In this document: piece after piece, positions 1-8,194 of the stretch
How the letters are laid out: every line of letters starts with the position of its first letter
Position numbering within the stretch: the stretch's first letter is position 1
NCBI GenBank assembly: GCA_014382605.1
Contig: JACNJM010000253.1
Span: 1,385 to 49,182, forward strand
Length of the DNA stretch: 47,798 bases
Reading direction: 5' to 3'
Source: Anaerolineae bacterium
GTDB lineage: Bacteria > Chloroflexota > Anaerolineae > Anaerolineales > UBA11858
Notes under the pieces: generated by a model
Told to the model about the DNA's origin: nothing
What the model saw: the letters and a program-made list of their open reading frames with translations, nothing else
Databases searched by the model: none
Translations under genes and position numbers: made by a program

Positions 1-92
1 CGAAATCTTGATTGCGAAGGCGTAAGCCTGAGCAATCAGTTCTATTTGGGAACAGGTATAATAATCATGGTGCAGTGGTTCTTCCTTCGCCC

Positions 93-833
93 TCATTTTG
101 CGAATTCCCAGGGACACAACTTTCGTTCGAGCCAATCTACCGAGAAATATAATCCCAACCCTAATAAACTCATCGCCATGATTCCGGCGTACATGGCTGG
201 GTAGTCGAAGAGTGTACTGCCCTTGAGGTAGATGTAATAGCCCAGGCCGCGTTGTGTGGCGAATAACTCGGCCACATATAGCACCGCCACCGCCGTCCCC
301 ACAGATTGGCGCAGCCCAGTGAGAATAGCGGGTAGGCTGGCGGGTAGGTACACATAGCGGAATAGCGCCCGCCGCCCAGCCCCCAGGCTGCGCACACTCT
401 GGATCAACTCCGGGCGCAGGCTGGCAGCTTGATCGCGCACCAGTACCAAAATTTGGAAGAAAAGAATGATAAAGATAATCGCGATTTTGGGCATATCGCC
501 CAACCCAAAGAGCAGAATCAATACCGGGACGAGTACCACTTTTGGGATCGGGTAGAGCAGGTAGATCAGTGGTGAGAAAAGCGCGTTCATGCGCGGCGAC
601 TGCCCCAAAATTAGCCCCGCGGGGGAGGCTAGCAAAATCGCCAGCGCCGTGCTGGCAAACACACGCCAAAGGCTGACGGCGAAATGTGGCAGCAGATCGC
701 CCCCCAATTCGCGAAAAAACGCCGGGATAACCTCGATGGGAGATGGCAAGATCGGTTGATCGATCATCCAGGCGGCGATATGCCAGATGGTGAAGAGCGC
801 CAATACGGCATAAATCAGATCGCGGCGTTTCAT
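93..833 (-). CDS. ABC transporter permease, NitT/TauT (SsuC-like) family
   Basis: 246-aa hydrophobic protein with ILPSP N-terminal motif, YPIPK, an EAA-like loop (QSVRSLGAGRRALFRYVYLPASLP) and AELF...GLGY; 4-nt overlap with the ATPase gene. Confidence 0.9.
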   Translation of the reverse strand: MKRRDLIYAVLALFTIWHIAAWMIDQPILPSPIEVIPAFFRELGGDLLPHFAVSLWRVFASTALAILLASPAGLILGQSPRMNALFSPLIYLLYPIPKVVLVPVLILLFGLGDMPKIAIIFIILFFQILVLVRDQAASLRPELIQSVRSLGAGRRALFRYVYLPASLPAILTGLRQSVGTAVAVLYVAELFATQRGLGYYIYLKGSTLFDYPAMYAGIMAMSLLGLGLYFSVDWLERKLCPWEFAK

Positions 834-1591
834 GGCAACTCCATTTGAGCGCGCAGGTCGCGGCAGATGTTCATATATGCATCGCTGCCGCGGAAATTAT
901 CGCTTCCGGCCTGTGGATTTTCGATCACCCGCGGGTGTGTATTGGGTGGTTCCCCCAGCAGCAGGATTTTCTTGCCAAGAATGGCGGCCTCCTCAATGGT
1001 GTGCGTGACAATCAGCAGGGTCAGATTTTGCTCGCCTTGTAACTCAAGGGTCAGGTTCTGTAAGTCTTCGCGCGTGGGGGCATCCAGTGATGAAAAAGGC
1101 TCGTCCATCAACAGCAGATCAGGTTCCAGCGCCAAAGTGCGCGCAATCGCGGTGCGCTGGCGCTGCCCACCGGAGAGCTGCCCCGGGTATTTTTCGGCAT
1201 GGGGGAGTAATCTTAAACGATCCAGCCAGGGATCAACATTCAGGGATGGCTGAAAATCTTGCGGCGCGTGCGTGCCATCTGGCCCGTAAAAGCCGCGGAT
1301 GCGCAAGCCAAGTTGAGCGTTTTCGCGCACAGTGGCCCAATGCAACAGGCCGTATTCTTGAATAATCAGCCCGGTGTGCGGCCGCGGGCGCGTAATGCGT
1401 TCCCCGTTGATGAGTACATTCCCCGCGGTGGGGAAGCGCAAACCCGCGATCAGATACAGCAGTGTTGATTTGCCGCATCCCGAAGGGCCAAGCACCGCCC
1501 AGGTTTCGCCGCGCTGAACCTCCCAGGAAAAATCCTGAAAAATTGGTTTTTGGTTGGCGTAGGCAAACGTGAGCGCATTGAGTTGAATCAT
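830..1591 (-). CDS. ABC transporter ATP-binding protein, NitT/TauT family
   Basis: Walker A GPSGCGKS, signature LSGGQRQR, Walker B LLMDEPFSSLD, H-loop VTH. Confidence 0.95.
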   Translation of the reverse strand: MIQLNALTFAYANQKPIFQDFSWEVQRGETWAVLGPSGCGKSTLLYLIAGLRFPTAGNVLINGERITRPRPHTGLIIQEYGLLHWATVRENAQLGLRIRGFYGPDGTHAPQDFQPSLNVDPWLDRLRLLPHAEKYPGQLSGGQRQRTAIARTLALEPDLLLMDEPFSSLDAPTREDLQNLTLELQGEQNLTLLIVTHTIEEAAILGKKILLLGEPPNTHPRVIENPQAGSDNFRGSDAYMNICRDLRAQMELP

Positions 1592-1614
1592 GGCAAAAGC
1601 GGATTATATCCCAG

Positions 1615-1655
1615 AATCAAAAGAGAAACTTCTCCAAGAAGTTTCTCTTTTGATT
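1615..1655. terminator. 19-bp perfect hairpin between the substrate-binding and ATPase genes (terminator or mRNA-stabilising stem)
   Basis: aatcaaaagagaaacttct-cca-agaagtttctcttttgatt. Confidence 0.6.
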
Positions 1656-1676
1656 GAAATTAAGGTCTTGAATGGC

Positions 1677-2633
1677 TTAGGGCAGGTATGCTGCCGTCAC
1701 TGATTCGCTATAGGCAACATCGGTTCCCAGCAATCCTTTATCCATCGCCCAATTCACGGCATCATCCCACTGCGCCTGTGAGGGCACGCCCGCGGTGGGG
1801 AAGGGGTTGACCTGGTAGGTTTCCAGCAATGGGCCGGGGACCAGACCCAGCTCGCCCATTAGCGCGGTATATTGCGCCGGGTTGGCGTTGATTTTCTCCA
1901 CGGCTTGCTCAACTGCTGCGAGGAAGGCCCGTACCGCTTCGGGATTGGCATCAATCACATCCTTGCGGAAGGAAAAAACACTCAAGCCATATTCGGGATG
2001 GCTGGTATCGTCAACAACAACGGTTGCCCCGCCTAACAAGGCCATTGACGAAGCTGGGTCGGGCAGCATGGCAGCCTGCATATCGCCAGAACCGAGCAAT
2101 GCCAACCGGTCGGGGATTTTCGGTACAGAGAGGGTGGCGATTTCATCGGCAGTAAAGCCCTCGGCCTCCAGCAAGCGGTCGGTCAGATAAGCGATCACCG
2201 TGCCATCCGAGATGCCAATTTCAACCCCCTTGAGGTCTTCTACAATGGCGATGCCGCTGTCTTTGGCGGCCAGAATGCGGAAAAGCGGCGCGGTGCTGGT
2301 AGCGGCGCGGGCGGTGCGCACAATTTGCACCTGAACTTCGTTTTTGTTGTAGAACAAGGTCGAGACGATCTCGTTGAGCATCCCGTCGGCGCTGCCCGCG
2401 GCGATGATTTGGTCACGCTCGGGGGCGGAGGCCACCGGTATGATTTCCACCTTCACACCCTGGGCTTCGAAAAAGCCCTCTTGGGCAGCCACATGGATGG
2501 GGAGTGTATCCAGCACGGGGAGCAGAGCCATCTTTAGGGTCGCTGGTTCGGACTTCCCGCCGCAGGCGCTTAGCATCACACCCGATAACATAATTATGAA
2601 TAGCATTAGGACGAACTTGTTTTTTGTAAACAT
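1677..2633 (-). CDS. ABC transporter substrate-binding lipoprotein (SsuA/NMT1-THI5-like)
   Basis: Start reassigned to the ATG at 2633 (MFTKNKF, RBS gaaagga upstream); lipobox MLSAC; DLKGVEIG and LPDP motifs typical of this SBP class; lies next to the permease and ATPase. Confidence 0.85.
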   Translation of the reverse strand: MFTKNKFVLMLFIIMLSGVMLSACGGKSEPATLKMALLPVLDTLPIHVAAQEGFFEAQGVKVEIIPVASAPERDQIIAAGSADGMLNEIVSTLFYNKNEVQVQIVRTARAATSTAPLFRILAAKDSGIAIVEDLKGVEIGISDGTVIAYLTDRLLEAEGFTADEIATLSVPKIPDRLALLGSGDMQAAMLPDPASSMALLGGATVVVDDTSHPEYGLSVFSFRKDVIDANPEAVRAFLAAVEQAVEKINANPAQYTALMGELGLVPGPLLETYQVNPFPTAGVPSQAQWDDAVNWAMDKGLLGTDVAYSESVTAAYLP

Positions 2634-2692
2634 TGAAATTATCCTTTCGTGTTTTTGATAAGACCAAGAAACTATGCTGTGTATTCCTGGCT

Positions 2693-3304
2693 TTATAAAT
2701 TCTCTAACTGCGAAATGCGTTCTTCGGAGATGCCAAGACTGCGCAGCAGCACGGTTTGCAGCCCCGGGAGCGCCCGTTGTGGCGTGGGGTGTCCGGTATG
2801 TACCCACTCGATAATTACCTCATTGATCGCGCCCATCCAGGCGTAGGCCGCGATTTCGGTGTCGATGGATAGAATATCGCCTTCTTGCACGGCTTCGTCG
2901 AGATGCCGCTGAATGAGCCGGATGAAACGCAGGTGGATTTCGCGCTGCTTCTCTTCGAAGGCTGCCCCCAGGCCAACCGCTTGTATCAGGAATATTTTGG
3001 CTAATTTCTGATATGAGGTAAAGGTTTCCATGCAGATGCGCAAGGCGGTATTTACCCGACGAACGCCGCTGGTTTCTTTGTCGATGGCTTCCTTCAGCCG
3101 TTTTTCGAGAATCCCGGCGAACTCGTCGACCAGGCCGAGGAAAATTTCTTCTTTGCTGGGGAAGTGGAAATAGACCGCGCCTTTCGAAGTTTGCGAATCG
3201 CTGACAATATCGGCTACGCTGGTATTGTGGTAGCCATTTTGGGCAAAACGTTCCACGGCGGCATCCAGAATACGTTGGCGCGTGGTCTTTTCGGTTTCAA
3301 GCAT
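2693..3304 (-). CDS. TetR/AcrR family transcriptional regulator
   Basis: N-terminal HTH TRQRILDAAVERFAQNGYHNTSVADIV...SKGAVYFHFPSKEEIF; ATG at 3304 preferred to the GTG at 3316. Confidence 0.93.
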   Translation of the reverse strand: MLETEKTTRQRILDAAVERFAQNGYHNTSVADIVSDSQTSKGAVYFHFPSKEEIFLGLVDEFAGILEKRLKEAIDKETSGVRRVNTALRICMETFTSYQKLAKIFLIQAVGLGAAFEEKQREIHLRFIRLIQRHLDEAVQEGDILSIDTEIAAYAWMGAINEVIIEWVHTGHPTPQRALPGLQTVLLRSLGISEERISQLENL

Positions 3305-3320
3305 GTATGCTCTCACAATC

Positions 3321-3338
3321 AGACCGACCGGTCGGTCT
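3321..3338. promoter_or_regulatory. Perfect 18-bp palindrome, probable TetR operator
   Basis: agaccgaccggtcggtct, between the tetR promoter and its start codon. Confidence 0.8.
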
Positions 3339-3349
3339 CTGTGCGGTGA

Positions 3350-3378
3350 AGAATAGCACAGTGCAAAATTTTTGTCAA
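3350..3378 (-). promoter_or_regulatory. Sigma70-type promoter for the tetR-ABC operon
   Basis: Minus strand TTGACA-17 nt-TATTCT with an extended TG. Confidence 0.75.
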
Positions 3379-3397
3379 AGGTTTGAATTTCTACAAA

Positions 3398-3492
3398 AGA
3401 CCTCCGAAGTTTTCGTGCAGCATTTCGAACGAAGTGAAGAAGCGACGAGCTTGTTCGATTCGCTCAGAACCTTCCTGTGACTTCGGAGGTCT
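3398..3492. repeat. 95-bp REP/MITE-like element with 13-bp terminal inverted repeats
   Basis: agacctccgaagt (3398-3410) ... acttcggaggtct (3480-3492), in an intergenic region. Confidence 0.6.
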
Positions 3493-3618
3493 GAGTTTGA
3501 TACTGAAACTGACTTTATATTGCGCAAAAAAATGGGATATATTTAGTCCGAATATTACGCTTGCCGAATGACTTTTATCACTCATGGAAGGATCAATGGC
3601 TATGTTAAAATCTGATCG

Positions 3619-4281
3619 GTGAAAGAGCGCTATTTTTCTTCCAATACCATCGACGTTCAGGCCACGCAAATGCTCCATCAGGCAAGCTCCCGCCCTCGAG
3701 AGTTTGCCTTGATTCCGGAACGTAGCGCTCTGCTGGTATTGGATATGCAGGATTATTTCCTGCACCCCGAATCTCATGCGTACATCCCCAGCGCGGTGGC
3801 GATTCTCCCCGGCCTGCAAAACTTGATTGACGCGTTCTCGCAGCGCAATTGCCCAATCTTCTTCACGCAGCACATCAACACCCCTGAGAATGCGGCTATG
3901 ATGGGCCAGTGGTGGCGCGAAATCATCACCGTCGAAAACCCCCTCCGCGCTATCACACCCCAACTCGATACGCGCCCCGGTGTGATATTACAGAAGCCGC
4001 AGTACGATGCTTTCTATCAGACCGATCTTGAAGATCGTCTGCATGGCCTGAATGTGCGACAGCTTATCATTTGTGGTGTGATGACGCACCTGTGCTGCGA
4101 GACCACTGTCCGCGCTGCCTTTGTACGTGGTTTCGAAATATTCTTCCCTGTAGATGGCACGGCTACCTACAATATCGCTTTCCACCGCGCCACGCTCACC
4201 AACCTGGCGCACGGCTGCGCCCACCTCACCTTGGTTGCCGATATTTTGGCTTTGCTTACACCCGATGACCACAATGCCTGA
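3619..4281 (+). CDS. Isochorismatase-family cysteine hydrolase
   Basis: ALLVLDMQDYF, KPQYDAFYQTDL and GVMTHLCCETT supply the Asp-Lys-Cys triad; GTG start 7 nt after an extended -10 (tgtTAAAAT). Confidence 0.9.
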   Translation: MKERYFSSNTIDVQATQMLHQASSRPREFALIPERSALLVLDMQDYFLHPESHAYIPSAVAILPGLQNLIDAFSQRNCPIFFTQHINTPENAAMMGQWWREIITVENPLRAITPQLDTRPGVILQKPQYDAFYQTDLEDRLHGLNVRQLIICGVMTHLCCETTVRAAFVRGFEIFFPVDGTATYNIAFHRATLTNLAHGCAHLTLVADILALLTPDDHNA

Positions 4282-4297
4282 ATATTACCAACAAATT

Positions 4298-4348
4298 ACC
4301 GCCAAGAACTTTATTTTTTTCGCTTTGCGTTCTTGGCGTCTTAGCGGT
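4298..4348. repeat. Periodic palindromic intergenic repeat, copy 1
   Basis: accgccaagaac-(T-rich)-ctttgcgtt.cttggcgt.cttagcggt. Confidence 0.55.
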
Positions 4349-4362
4349 GCCAAAATTTTTTT

Positions 4363-5286
4363 ATGACGGCAATAGATATTAACCCGGTTGCGATTATCGG
4401 CGCTGGCCCGGCGGGGTTGGCCGCTGCAATTCAGATCAAACGCTTTGGCGTCGATCCGCTAGTTTTCGAAATGGATGCCCCTGGCGGCTTGCTGTGTAAT
4501 GCCAACCTGGTAGAAAATTACCCTGGATTCCCGCGCGGCATCGCGGGAACGAGGTTGGTACGCCTCTTCGAGCGTCAGGCTCAAGCTGTAGGAGTAAACC
4601 TGACTCACGCGCGCGTGACTCAGCTCGATTGGGATGGTGGCGCCTTCCGGCTGGATACCTCCCACGGGGCGCGTATGGCCCGAAGGGTGGTTGTCGCCAC
4701 GGGGACGCGGCCGCGCACTTTTACAAATTTGGAAATTCCCGCGCCTCTGATCGACCGCGTGTTCTATGAAGTTTTCCATCTCTTCGGCGTGACCGGGCAG
4801 CATATTGCGATTGTTGGCGCAGGGGATGCGGCCTTTGATTATGCCCTGAATCTGGCCGGGCGCGGCAACACGGTGACGATTTTGAATCGCGGCGGCGAAC
4901 TCAAGTGTCTGCCTCTGTTGTGGGAGCGCTCGCAAGTTAAGCCGCGCATTTGCTATTTGGCGCACACGGCGCTTGAAACGCTAGAACCGGGTGCAGACGA
5001 TGGCCTATTATTGCGCTGCGTTTCAGGGCGCAAAAAACTAAAAATCCAGGCTGACTATCTTTTAGGCGCCATTGGGCGCGTGCCGCGTCTGGACGTGCTA
5101 TCGCCTCGGGTGCAGGATCAGGCCCAGAGCCTGGAAAGTCGCGCCTTGCTTTATTTCATTGGAGATGTTAAAAATGGCATCTATCGGCAAACGTCCATCG
5201 CCATTGGGGATGGCATCCGCGCTGCGATGCAGATTTGTCAAGAATATAATCACGGAGACACAGAGTTCACAGAATCTTCTCAGTAA
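4363..5286 (+). CDS. NAD(P)/FAD-dependent oxidoreductase, thioredoxin-reductase-like, lacking CxxC
   Basis: IIGAGPAG, ENYPGF, VVATG, VGAGDAA, IGD...RQTSIAIGDG; the CxxC position reads RVFYEVFHL. Confidence 0.88.
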   Translation: MTAIDINPVAIIGAGPAGLAAAIQIKRFGVDPLVFEMDAPGGLLCNANLVENYPGFPRGIAGTRLVRLFERQAQAVGVNLTHARVTQLDWDGGAFRLDTSHGARMARRVVVATGTRPRTFTNLEIPAPLIDRVFYEVFHLFGVTGQHIAIVGAGDAAFDYALNLAGRGNTVTILNRGGELKCLPLLWERSQVKPRICYLAHTALETLEPGADDGLLLRCVSGRKKLKIQADYLLGAIGRVPRLDVLSPRVQDQAQSLESRALLYFIGDVKNGIYRQTSIAIGDGIRAAMQICQEYNHGDTEFTESSQ

Positions 5287-5328
5287 CTGTACAGAGAAAA
5301 TTTTCGTGTGCTTTGTGTCTCTGTGGTG
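5248..5328. repeat. Periodic palindromic intergenic repeat, copy 2 (overlaps the reductase 3' end)
   Basis: aatcacggagacacagagttcacaga ... ttcgtgtg.ctttgtgt.ctctgtggtg. Confidence 0.6.
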
Positions 5329-5349
5329 AAATTTTAAGGAGATTATTTT

Positions 5350-6294
5350 ATGAAAGTCCTCGCTTCGTCAGGTCGAGAAGATATTGCTATGGTATATGTG
5401 GCCGAATTGGAAGGCGGTAAATTTATTGAATTTGTGGAAGCTATCCAGCCGCCGATGCCGCGTGAAGAAAAATGGGTTTTAATGGTATCAACCCTGTATG
5501 GTTGTCCGGTGGGTTGCTCGATGTGCGATGCGGGGGGCTATTTCCACGGTAAGGTTTCAAAGGAAGATTTATTTGCCCAGATTGATTATGTGGTGAATTT
5601 GCGCTACCCGGATTGGCAGATTAACACGCAGCAGTTTAAAATTCAGTTTGCCCGTATGGGCGAACCCGCCTTCAATATGGCGGTGTTGGATGTGATCGAA
5701 GAACTTCCGCAGCGTTATCATGCCCCCGGATTTATGCCCTCGGTTTCGACGATTGCTCCGCATGGCACCGAGCGCTTTTTCGAGCGGTTGCTGGATGTGA
5801 AGAATAGGCTCTACCGCGGCGGGAATTTTCAGTTCCAGTTTTCAATTCATACTACGGATGAACGCCTGCGCGATGAGATGATTCCGGTGAAAAAGTGGAG
5901 TTTTGCTGAGATGGGGGCCTTCGGCGAGCGTTTCTACGAAGATGGCGACCGCAAGGTTACATTGAATTTTGCCCTGGCTGAAGATAGCCCGGTAGACCCC
6001 GATGTGCTATTGCGGCATTTTTCGCCAGAGAAATTTTTGATTAAGATCACGCCGTTGAACCCAACTTACCGCGCCGCCGAGAATGGCTTAAACTCGTATA
6101 TTGATCCACATAGCGGGAATGGCGATTATCCAATCCTTCAGGATTTGCGCGCTGCCGGGTATCAGGTGATTATGAGTATCGGCGAAGTGGAAGAGAATTA
6201 TATCGGTTCAAACTGCGGCCAGTATGTGCGCCGTCATCTCGAAGCGCTGGATATGGCGATTGATGGCTATACTTACCGCGTGCAGGAATATTAA
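5350..6294 (+). CDS. Radical SAM protein, divergent RlmN/Cfr-like
   Basis: CxxxCxxC (GCPVGCSMC), ARMGEP (compare MGMGEP), SIH, C-terminal SNCGQY (compare AACGQL); RBS aaggag. Confidence 0.88.
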   Translation: MKVLASSGREDIAMVYVAELEGGKFIEFVEAIQPPMPREEKWVLMVSTLYGCPVGCSMCDAGGYFHGKVSKEDLFAQIDYVVNLRYPDWQINTQQFKIQFARMGEPAFNMAVLDVIEELPQRYHAPGFMPSVSTIAPHGTERFFERLLDVKNRLYRGGNFQFQFSIHTTDERLRDEMIPVKKWSFAEMGAFGERFYEDGDRKVTLNFALAEDSPVDPDVLLRHFSPEKFLIKITPLNPTYRAAENGLNSYIDPHSGNGDYPILQDLRAAGYQVIMSIGEVEENYIGSNCGQYVRRHLEALDMAIDGYTYRVQEY

Positions 6295-6336
6295 ACCGAA
6301 GAGTTGCTACGCAGGCAGCGGGTATGTTTGCCTTTA

Positions 6337-6401
6337 TCACCATAAAAACTCAAAGGCACGAAGGGATTATTTTTCTTTGTGTCTTCGTGCCTTTGTGGTG
6401 A
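6337..6401. repeat. Periodic palindromic intergenic repeat, copy 3
   Basis: tcaccataaaaactcaaaggcacgaag-ggattattttt-ctttgtgt.cttcgtgc.ctttgtggtga. Confidence 0.6.
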
Positions 6402-6430
6402 ATTCTTTGTAAATCTACATGATCCGTGTC

Positions 6431-8107
6431 CTATTTCGTTAACTTTCGGTATTTGATGCGTTGGGGGGTGTCGGCATCGGTGCCCAGGCGTTTGCGGCGT
6501 GCTTCTTCGTAATCCGACCAGTTGCCTTCAGACCACATTAATTGACTATCGCCCTCAAAGGCCAGAATATGCGTGGCGATACGGTCAAGGAACCAGCGAT
6601 CGTGCGAAACCACGATGGCGCAGCCCGCAAAATTTTCCAGGGCTTCTTCCAGTGAGCGTAGCGTGTTGACATCGAGATCGTTGGTCGGCTCGTCGAGCAA
6701 AATCACGTTGGCGGCTTCTTTGAGAATTTTCGCCAAATGGACGCGGTTGCGCTCCCCGCCGGAGAGATTCTTGACCTGTTTTTGCTGGTCGCTACCCAAA
6801 AAATTGAACGAAGATACATAGGCGCGGCTGTTGCGCTTTTTGCCGCCCAGGTTGATGAACTCGTCTCCGCGGCTGATTTCTTCCCAGACATTTTTCTCGC
6901 CATCGAGCGTATCGCGTGACTGGTCTACGTAGCCTAACTGCACTGTCTGCCCGATGGCGACATTACCCGAATTAGGCTGCTCTTGCCCGGCAATCATGCG
7001 TAGCAGGGAGGTCTTGCCCGCGCCGTTGGGGCCGATCACCCCCACAATGCTGCCCGCCGGAATACTGCGGGTGAAGTCTTCAATCAACAGGCGCTCATCG
7101 TAACCCTTGTTAACTTTCTCGAAGTCGATCACGCGGTCGCCGAGCCGCGGCCCCGGCGGGATATAAATCTCCAGATCTTCGCGCTGTTTTTCATATTCCT
7201 GCGAGAGCAGCCGTTCGTAGGCCGTGACGCGGGCCTTGCCTTTGGCATGGCGAGCTTTAGGGGCCATGTGAATCCACTCCAACTCGCGTTGCAGGGTTTT
7301 TAGGCGTTTGTCTTCACTTTTCTCTTCCAGACGCAGACGGTTTTGTTTTTGCTCCAGCCAGGAGGAGTAATTGCCCTTCCAGGGGATGCCATGCCCGCGG
7401 TCGAGTTCCAGTATCCAGCCCGCCACATTGTCGAGAAAATAACGGTCGTGCGTCACCGCGATAACTGTGCCGGGGTATTGTTGTAAGTGGCGCTCCAACC
7501 AGGCCACCGATTCGGCATCGAGATGGTTGGTCGGTTCATCAAGCAACAGAATATCTGGCTCGGTGAGCAGCAGGCGCGTCAGCGCCACGCGGCGACGCTC
7601 GCCGCCCGAAAGCACAGCCGCCGAAGAATCTTCCGGTGGGCAGCGCAGCGCCCCCATCGCCATCTCTAATTTATGATCCAGATTCCAGGCATCGTGTTGG
7701 TCAAGCCAATCTTGCAAGCGGCCTTGTTCGGCGATCAGGGCTTCAAAATCGGCATCGGGTTCAGTGAATTTCTCGTTGATGGCATCAAAAGCTTTGAGAT
7801 TATCAACGATCGGCTGCACCGCTTCTTCAATAATCTCGCGCACGGTTTTGGCGTCATCCAATTGGGGTTCTTGCTCCAATAGCCCGACGCTGTAGCCTGG
7901 CGAAAAAACCACCTGGCCTTCGTAGCCATCATCATGCCCGGCAATAATTTTCAGCAATGTACTTTTGCCCGATCCGTTCAGGCCGACAACACCGATCTTG
8001 GCTCCATAATAAAATCCTAGCGAAATATCGCGGATGACTTCTTTGTTGCTGGGCGGAAAGCGGCGATTGACCCGCACCATTGAAAAAATAACTTTTTGAT
8101 CGTTCAT
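6431..8107 (-). CDS. ettA: Energy-dependent translational throttle protein EttA (ABC-F)
   Basis: 558 aa; ISLGFYYGAKIGVVGLNGSGKS, two ABC domains, linker ELEWIHMAPKARHAKGKAR, C-terminus RIKYRKL. Confidence 0.93.
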   Translation of the reverse strand: MNDQKVIFSMVRVNRRFPPSNKEVIRDISLGFYYGAKIGVVGLNGSGKSTLLKIIAGHDDGYEGQVVFSPGYSVGLLEQEPQLDDAKTVREIIEEAVQPIVDNLKAFDAINEKFTEPDADFEALIAEQGRLQDWLDQHDAWNLDHKLEMAMGALRCPPEDSSAAVLSGGERRRVALTRLLLTEPDILLLDEPTNHLDAESVAWLERHLQQYPGTVIAVTHDRYFLDNVAGWILELDRGHGIPWKGNYSSWLEQKQNRLRLEEKSEDKRLKTLQRELEWIHMAPKARHAKGKARVTAYERLLSQEYEKQREDLEIYIPPGPRLGDRVIDFEKVNKGYDERLLIEDFTRSIPAGSIVGVIGPNGAGKTSLLRMIAGQEQPNSGNVAIGQTVQLGYVDQSRDTLDGEKNVWEEISRGDEFINLGGKKRNSRAYVSSFNFLGSDQQKQVKNLSGGERNRVHLAKILKEAANVILLDEPTNDLDVNTLRSLEEALENFAGCAIVVSHDRWFLDRIATHILAFEGDSQLMWSEGNWSDYEEARRKRLGTDADTPQRIKYRKLTK

Positions 8108-8194
8108 AGAATTGTTTCCTGCTTTCTTGGTTTCCTCGTGGAACTACCCATACACAGTTATAGAATTATACGCGATTATTGGTAAAATCGCCTT

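Noticed and set aside
1-62. Hairpin gattgc...gcaatc and a TATAAT at the left edge
   Set aside because: Probably part of a REP-like element cut by the window edge; too little context to call
2634-2807. 58-aa N-terminal extension of the binding protein in the ORF track
   Set aside because: Overlaps tetR; the signal peptide and RBS point to the ATG at 2633
5350-6294. Cfr antibiotic-resistance methyltransferase or canonical rlmN
   Set aside because: Lacks the resolving Cys and the N-terminal domain, and the motif is ARMGEP rather than MGMGE; no gene symbol assigned
4298-6401. Integron cassette array or CRISPR array
   Set aside because: The repeats lack attC RYYYAAC/GTTRRRY ends, no integrase or cas gene is present, and the repeats are neither identical nor regularly spaced
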